NCBI GenBank assembly: GCA_030836185.1 | Contig: JAURQH010000048.1 | Coordinates: forward strand, 44,433 to 108,432 | DNA from: Planctomycetota bacterium | Lineage (GTDB): Bacteria > Planctomycetota > Planctomycetia > Planctomycetales > Planctomycetaceae | Direction: 5' to 3' | Length of the DNA: 64,000 bases | Part shown: positions 59,104 through 64,000 of the stretch, piece by piece | How the letters are laid out: each line of letters opens with the position of its first letter | Position numbering within the stretch: position 1 is the stretch's first letter | Translations under genes and position numbers: made by a program | The notes under the pieces: generated by a model | What the model was told of the DNA's origin: nothing | Seen by the model: the letters and a program-made list of their open reading frames with translations, nothing else | The model's database searches: none

Positions 59104-60687
59104 TCAAGGGGTTGGGGTTGGTTCAGGATTGATCATCGACACTATGACTTCTCGACCATCAAGCATTCGAAGGGAAACCTCTCCCTCCAAATTTTGTAAC
59201 ACTTCATGAAACTCAGCAGGCTTTTTGACATCCCGACCGTTGACGGATCTCACAAACTCTCCGCTTTGCAGTCCTGCCAAGTCTGCCGGAGAATCGGGAG
59301 TAATATCTCGAATCAGGACAGCGTCAGGGTAGGCCAAGGTTCGATTGATAAAACGATTTCTGCCGGTCGGGTAGTCAACGTCCATCCCTCGCCAGCGGGG
59401 AAACCGAGGTTTGGTAACAATCATTTCTTCGTCATTGATAACGGGCCATTTCCCCAAGGTGACAGTCACTATTCTCGGTCTCTGAAAGTCATTTCTCCAG
59501 ATTTTTAACCGAGCTTCTGTTTCGGGTGCCAAAAGAGAGATCTCTCGCATCAGATCACGACGGTCAAGAACAGGCCGACCTTCGATGTTAAGAACAAGAT
59601 CTCCGCGGCGAAGTCCTGCACGCCCTGCTGGTGAGTTATTGAAGACGGTCATCAGCATCGTTGCAGAAGGTTGCCCCAAGGGAAGATTTCGGTTGGCCAC
59701 TTCTCGTGGAGAGACATTTTGTGGATTCACACCGAGAAATCCATATTCAACTTCTTGGCCTTTCGCGAGCGTTTCGAAGATGCGAACAAATCGTTCATCC
59801 GCGGGAATGGCATAACCGGCAGAGGCCTCGAAACCTTCGATGGCAGCGAGAGATGTCGTCAAACCGACGAACTCCCCCTTCAGGTTGAGCAATGCACCAC
59901 CGCTCGTTCCCAAGTTCAACTTCATATCCAGTTGTAATAATGTCCCAGTGTGATGAAGAATTTCTTCAGCATTCGCAGTGAATGTTTCTGGTTGAGGAGG
60001 GAGCTTCGGGTGGCGAGCGGTATTACTGATGATTCCCCACGAGGCAGAAGCCGAACCATCTTTTGCAATCGCATATGGATTGCCCAGACCGATCACAATC
60101 TGACCTTTTCTGATTTTCAGATTGTCGGCCAATTTCAATGGTTGCAACTGATCGGGAGTCAGTCCCATACGCTCAAAATCAATTTCCAGAACCGCGAGAT
60201 CACTACGAGGATCGGCGGCTTTGATTGTTGAGTAATAGCTATGACCACCTTTGACTCGCACGAACAATTCGAGGTTTGCGTTGGCCGGGTTCTCACCACT
60301 CACCGGACCACCTTTGACAACATGGTAGTTGGTCAGAATGTAGCGGGAATTTGGATCGTCCCGCAAAGACAACACAACACCCGCTCCAAAATCATTGGGC
60401 TGAAAGTCTGGCGACTCGGGATTTTCACGAGCCTCTTGATCACGCTCGCGCCAATTAAATCGACCGAATGGATTTCGTCGAACACCCGGTTCCTGATCTG
60501 GGTTCGTCCGAATCCGTGCGATACTGACCACCGACCCTTCGGCCTCCGCAATCACCTTGACCAACGTCGATTCCAAAGCAATTGCGGCATCGAACTCGGA
60601 CTGAGCGTACGCCGTCCCGGATAGGACCATCGAAACCAAAATCGACAGCCCAATAGGCAGCATGAGAGTAGATTGACGAATGATCAT
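59104..60687 (-). CDS. HtrA-like trypsin-family serine protease with two PDZ domains
   Basis: 527 aa with a signal peptide. The triad context is TNYHVV, DLAVLEI and GTSGGALLN. Two PDZ-like segments are present ([22 protein letters not shown]). Confidence 0.85.
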   Translation of the reverse strand: MIIRQSTLMLPIGLSILVSMVLSGTAYAQSEFDAAIALESTLVKVIAEAEGSVVSIARIRTNPDQEPGVRRNPFGRFNWRERDQEARENPESPDFQPNDFGAGVVLSLRDDPNSRYILTNYHVVKGGPVSGENPANANLELFVRVKGGHSYYSTIKAADPRSDLAVLEIDFERMGLTPDQLQPLKLADNLKIRKGQIVIGLGNPYAIAKDGSASASWGIISNTARHPKLPPQPETFTANAEEILHHTGTLLQLDMKLNLGTSGGALLNLKGEFVGLTTSLAAIEGFEASAGYAIPADERFVRIFETLAKGQEVEYGFLGVNPQNVSPREVANRNLPLGQPSATMLMTVFNNSPAGRAGLRRGDLVLNIEGRPVLDRRDLMREISLLAPETEARLKIWRNDFQRPRIVTVTLGKWPVINDEEMIVTKPRFPRWRGMDVDYPTGRNRFINRTLAYPDAVLIRDITPDSPADLAGLQSGEFVRSVNGRDVKKPAEFHEVLQNLEGEVSLRMLDGREVIVSMINPEPTPTP

Positions 60688-60779
60688 CCGAAGTTTCTTA
60701 TGAATCGGGGATCTGTGACGTATCTATCATAGCTAAAGACTTATCAGAGCAACAGTACGCCGTGTACGCTCTGCGCAAG

Positions 60780-60814
60780 AAAAAACGCCCGGACCGAAAA
60801 GATCTGGGCGTTTT
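60780..60814 (-). terminator. rho-independent terminator downstream of recA
   Basis: The stem AACGCCC / GGGCGTT has 7 bp and a 15-nt loop. On the minus strand it is followed by TTTTTT (complement of A-run 60780..60785). It lies 84 nt after the recA stop. Confidence 0.65.
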
Positions 60815-60897
60815 GAGACCTCTCAAGATTGATGGAAACTTCTTCCCGACCGGTGGCTGGTCTCTCACGAGAAAAAGCTTCTTTCAAACAGAAAGGA

Positions 60898-62049
60898 CTA
60901 CTCTTTGGACTCTTCCTCAACCGACTCGTCTTCGACCGGTTCTTCGCTTTGAAGACTGGGGTCGGCAACACCGCGAGCCACGAGAACCTTACCTCGAATT
61001 TCCAGCATCATCTCGGGGTTCTCTTCGAGAGTTTTTCGGGCATTGTCACGCCCTTGTCCCAATCGAGTTTCTCCATAACTGAACCAGCTACCGCTTCGAT
61101 CCACGATTTTGTCTTCAACGGCTAGGTCGAGAAGATCTCCCGAGATCGAGATTCCACATTCGCCGAGCATGTCAAATTCACAAATGCGGAAAGGAGGGGC
61201 CACTTTGTTCTTGACGATTTTACACTTCATACGAATGCCAGTTGTGGTATCTCCATCCTTTAATGTCGCGATACGTCGAACATCGACTCGACAAGAGGAG
61301 TAGAATTTCAGAGCCCGCCCACCTGGTGTGGTTTCGGGGGATCCAAACATCACACCAATTTTTTCACGAATCTGATTGATGAAGATCACAGTCGTTTTTG
61401 ATTTGGAGATGGCTCCGGTCAATTTCCGCATCGCCTGACTCATCATGCGTGCTTGCAGACCGACGTGGTGGTCACCGATTTCTCCGTCAAGTTCCGCTTT
61501 GGGGACCAGCGCCGCGACAGAGTCGACAACAATAATATCAACCGCATTGGACTTAATGAGCATCTCCGCGATTTGGAGAGCTTCCTCACCATAAGAGGGC
61601 TGAGAGACGAGCAACTCTTCCAGATTCACACCAATCCGTTTCGCCCAACTTGGGTCGAGAGCATGTTCGGCATCGATGAAGGCGGCAATTCCTCCTTCTT
61701 GCTGAGCACTGGCCAGCGCATGTAAAGCCAATGTGGTTTTACCACTTGATTCCGGCCCATAAATTTCAATGATACGACCACGAGGGAAACCGCGTCCCCC
61801 CAAGGCAATGTCGAGTGAAAGCGCACCAGTTGGGATCCCCGGCACTCCACGAGTGAACTCATCACCCGCCAGCTTCATGATCGATCCCTTGCCGAAAGTT
61901 TTCTCGATCTGCCCAACAGCATTTTTCAGAATAGCTCCCCCTTGAGCGTCTTTTCCTGAACCTTTTGCTGGAGCTTTTCCTCCCGATGAACTTTTTTTGC
62001 TTTTGGCCATGCCCTTAATCCTGTTATTAACTGTTGCTGTGTTTGCCAT
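60898..62049 (-). CDS. recA: recombinase RecA
   Basis: 383 aa with [14 protein letters not shown] and Walker [10 protein letters not shown]. It also has [11 protein letters not shown] and VVDSVAAL, plus a Lys/Gly/Ser-rich N-terminal extension and an acidic C-tail. Confidence 0.97.
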   Translation of the reverse strand: MANTATVNNRIKGMAKSKKSSSGGKAPAKGSGKDAQGGAILKNAVGQIEKTFGKGSIMKLAGDEFTRGVPGIPTGALSLDIALGGRGFPRGRIIEIYGPESSGKTTLALHALASAQQEGGIAAFIDAEHALDPSWAKRIGVNLEELLVSQPSYGEEALQIAEMLIKSNAVDIIVVDSVAALVPKAELDGEIGDHHVGLQARMMSQAMRKLTGAISKSKTTVIFINQIREKIGVMFGSPETTPGGRALKFYSSCRVDVRRIATLKDGDTTTGIRMKCKIVKNKVAPPFRICEFDMLGECGISISGDLLDLAVEDKIVDRSGSWFSYGETRLGQGRDNARKTLEENPEMMLEIRGKVLVARGVADPSLQSEEPVEDESVEEESKE

Positions 62050-62514
62050 CGAGAGATTCCTTAATTGAGAAGGGAGAATCAGTTTTCAGAAGTTCCCTCC
62101 CAATCTTTCACTCGACTTGATGAGCATTGTGGGCGGAAAAACTGCATTTGAAAAATGAACACACGAACATAATACTATTCGTACAGTATTCGTCAACCTT
62201 AAACTGAACATTTCGCCACAAAAGGTTATTTATGTTCACTTTTCTGGTTTTTCTCTCATGAGGCGTTAAAAACACCTTCGTCTGCGCATTGTTTGGGCAA
62301 TCCCGTGGGCCATCAGACAATTGACCGTTTTTTATAGCCCACTCTTGAACTTCTTCTGCTTGTGTGCATAACTGAATAGCTGCAAGCCCCGATTTTCATG
62401 CCCATACGGCATAACAATTGCTTGTTTTTCAGGCGTTTGCTCGTTTTCCGAGTTGAGCAATCTCTCCGATTCATAAATCAGCCCATCAGTTGAACGACAT
62501 CTAACGAGGTACCT

Positions 62515-63999
62515 GTGTCTTCCCAGGAGCAAAGCCAAACAGACCACAAAATCAAATCTGCATTCGATCACTATGAAACCGAAGGCTTTTACGACGAAAT
62601 GTTTGTCGAGGATCACACCGCGAGAGATTACTGTCGCCCACTGATCGATCGACTCAAAGAGTTGGAACATGTCGATATCGTCCGTCGACAAAAAGCAGCA
62701 GATCGTTCCATGCTAAGGATGGGCATCACATTCAATGTTTATGGTGCCGAGGAAGGGGCCGAGCGGATCATTCCATTTGATATCCTGCCCCGAATGATCA
62801 CCAATCAAGAATGGAAAATCCTCGACCAAGGATTGAAGCAACGCATTACCGCTTTGAATCTTTTTTGGATGACATCTATAACGATCAAAAAATCCTCAAA
62901 GACAAAGCGATTCCCGAGCATGTCATCATGTCGGCAAAATCTTATCGACCTGAATGTGAAGGACTCCAACCCCCAAAAGGGATTTGGTGTCATATCACGG
63001 GAACGGACCTGGTTCGCTCGGATGATGGCCAAATGTATGTTTTAGAAGACAATCTGCGTTGTCCTTCCGGGGTCTCTTATGTGCTACAAAATCGACAGTT
63101 GATGAAGCAGACATTTCCACAACTGTTTGACCGCGTCAAAGTCAAACCGGTTGACGAATACTCCGGCTATCTTCTCGACTCACTCGAATATTTGCTCGAA
63201 GACAGGTCGCACGACCCCACGGTCGCCGTGCTGACTCCCGGCATGTACAACTCTGCCTACTTCGAGCAATCGTTTCTTGCTCAACAAATGGGTGTACCCT
63301 TGGTAGAAGGACGAGACCTTGTCGTACACGACAGTTTTGTCTACATGCGAACGACCAAAGGGTTCGAAAAGGTCGATGTTCTCTATCGCCGGATCGACGA
63401 CGACTTCCTCGACCCTAAAACATTCCGTAAAGATTCAATGCTGGGCGTTCCGGGACTGATGGATGTTTATCGTAAAGGAAACATCGCCCTCGCCAACGCA
63501 CCAGGGACGGGAATTGCCGACGACAAAGTGGTCTATGCCTATGTCCCCCAGATCATCAAATATTATCTCGGTGAAGACCCGATCATCCCGAATGTGCCGA
63601 CATACGTCTGCTGGGATGAATCACAGATGAACCATGTTATCGAGAACATTGGCGATCTGGTTGTGAAACCGGCAAACGAATCGGGAGGTTATGGCATGCT
63701 CATCGGTCCCCATTCCTCCAAAGAAGAACAGAATGAATTTCGACAGTTAATCAAAGCCAATCCTCGAAACTATATCGCTCAACCAACGCTTAAATTATCT
63801 CGTGTCCCCGTGATTATTGACGATCATCTGGAGGGCCGACATGTCGATCTCAGGCCATTTATCGTTTATGGACGCGATATTTCATTGCCTGCCAGGTGGC
63901 TTGACGCGTGTCGCGATGCGAAAAGGGTCTCTCGTCGTCAATTCCTCGCAAGGGGGAGGTTGTAAAGATACTTGGATACTTGAAGATGAAACAATCTGA
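62515..63999 (+). pseudogene. circularly permuted type-2 ATP-grasp protein gene (DUF404/DUF407-like) broken by two frameshifts
   Basis: Three overlapping track ORFs (62515..63045, 62811..63965, 63817..63999) each carry consecutive parts of one protein. The parts are ...GLKQRITALNLF | LDDIYNDQKILKDKAIPEHV...[16 protein letters not shown] | [29 protein letters not shown]. The frame changes at the T6 run 62861..62866 and near CC 63888..63889, and the two shifts cancel. Confidence 0.7.
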
Positions 64000-64000
64000 C

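Noticed and set aside
62332-62691. 119-aa minus-strand ORF between recA and the ATP-grasp gene
   Set aside because: It overlaps the well-supported 5' end of the ATP-grasp gene on the opposite strand. It has no recognisable features and no Shine-Dalgarno.
1-64000. CRISPR arrays, rRNA genes, prophage or integrase genes, toxin-antitoxin pairs
   Set aside because: I looked for regularly spaced direct repeats, rRNA-like conserved stretches, and small adjacent gene pairs. None were seen. The only dispersed repeats found are the REPIN-like units and the AT-rich inverted repeats at 51133..51579.

Overview
This 64-kb chromosomal window is densely coding, with about 60 protein genes and one tRNA. By gene content it looks like a Planctomycetota (Planctomycetaceae-type) genome; that is an inference, since no database search was possible. 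Housekeeping genes recognised by eye are hisD, purA, alaS, recA, greA, bamA, a Fur-family regulator, flgM, a threonine aldolase, an RluA-type pseudouridine synthase and an Mla-like ABC transporter (mlaEFD). Planctomycete-typical content includes three formylglycine-type sulfatases, a DUF1501 protein, two Gfo/Idh/MocA oxidoreductases (one with a TAT signal), two PQQ-like beta-propeller proteins, two parallel beta-helix proteins, an LRR protein, two HtrA-type proteases and an FHA-GAF sigma-54 activator. There are also two tetrahydromethanopterin (H4MPT) biosynthesis-type genes next to bamA. The non-core items worth a second look are: (1) A retron-type reverse transcriptase (17320..18576) is followed after 25 nt by a multi-pass membrane protein (18602..19405). 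This looks like a retron-like RT plus transmembrane-effector module, but no msr/msd RNA is recognisable. (2) A REP-associated tyrosine transposase (RAYT, 11859..12449) is bracketed by two nearly identical 83-nt hairpin (REPIN-like) repeats. A third diverged copy lies 19 kb away, between two sulfatase paralogues. (3) A four-helix-bundle (23S rRNA IVS-type) ORF with no in-frame start codon is flanked by inverted AT-rich repeats (51133..51579). (4) Several reading frames are broken by single-base indels: a secreted protein at 19469..20303, and a circularly permuted ATP-grasp gene at 62515..63999 that is broken twice. These breaks may be assembly errors rather than biology. No rRNA, CRISPR array, integrase or prophage was seen. 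All product calls rest on motif recognition and ORF context only.
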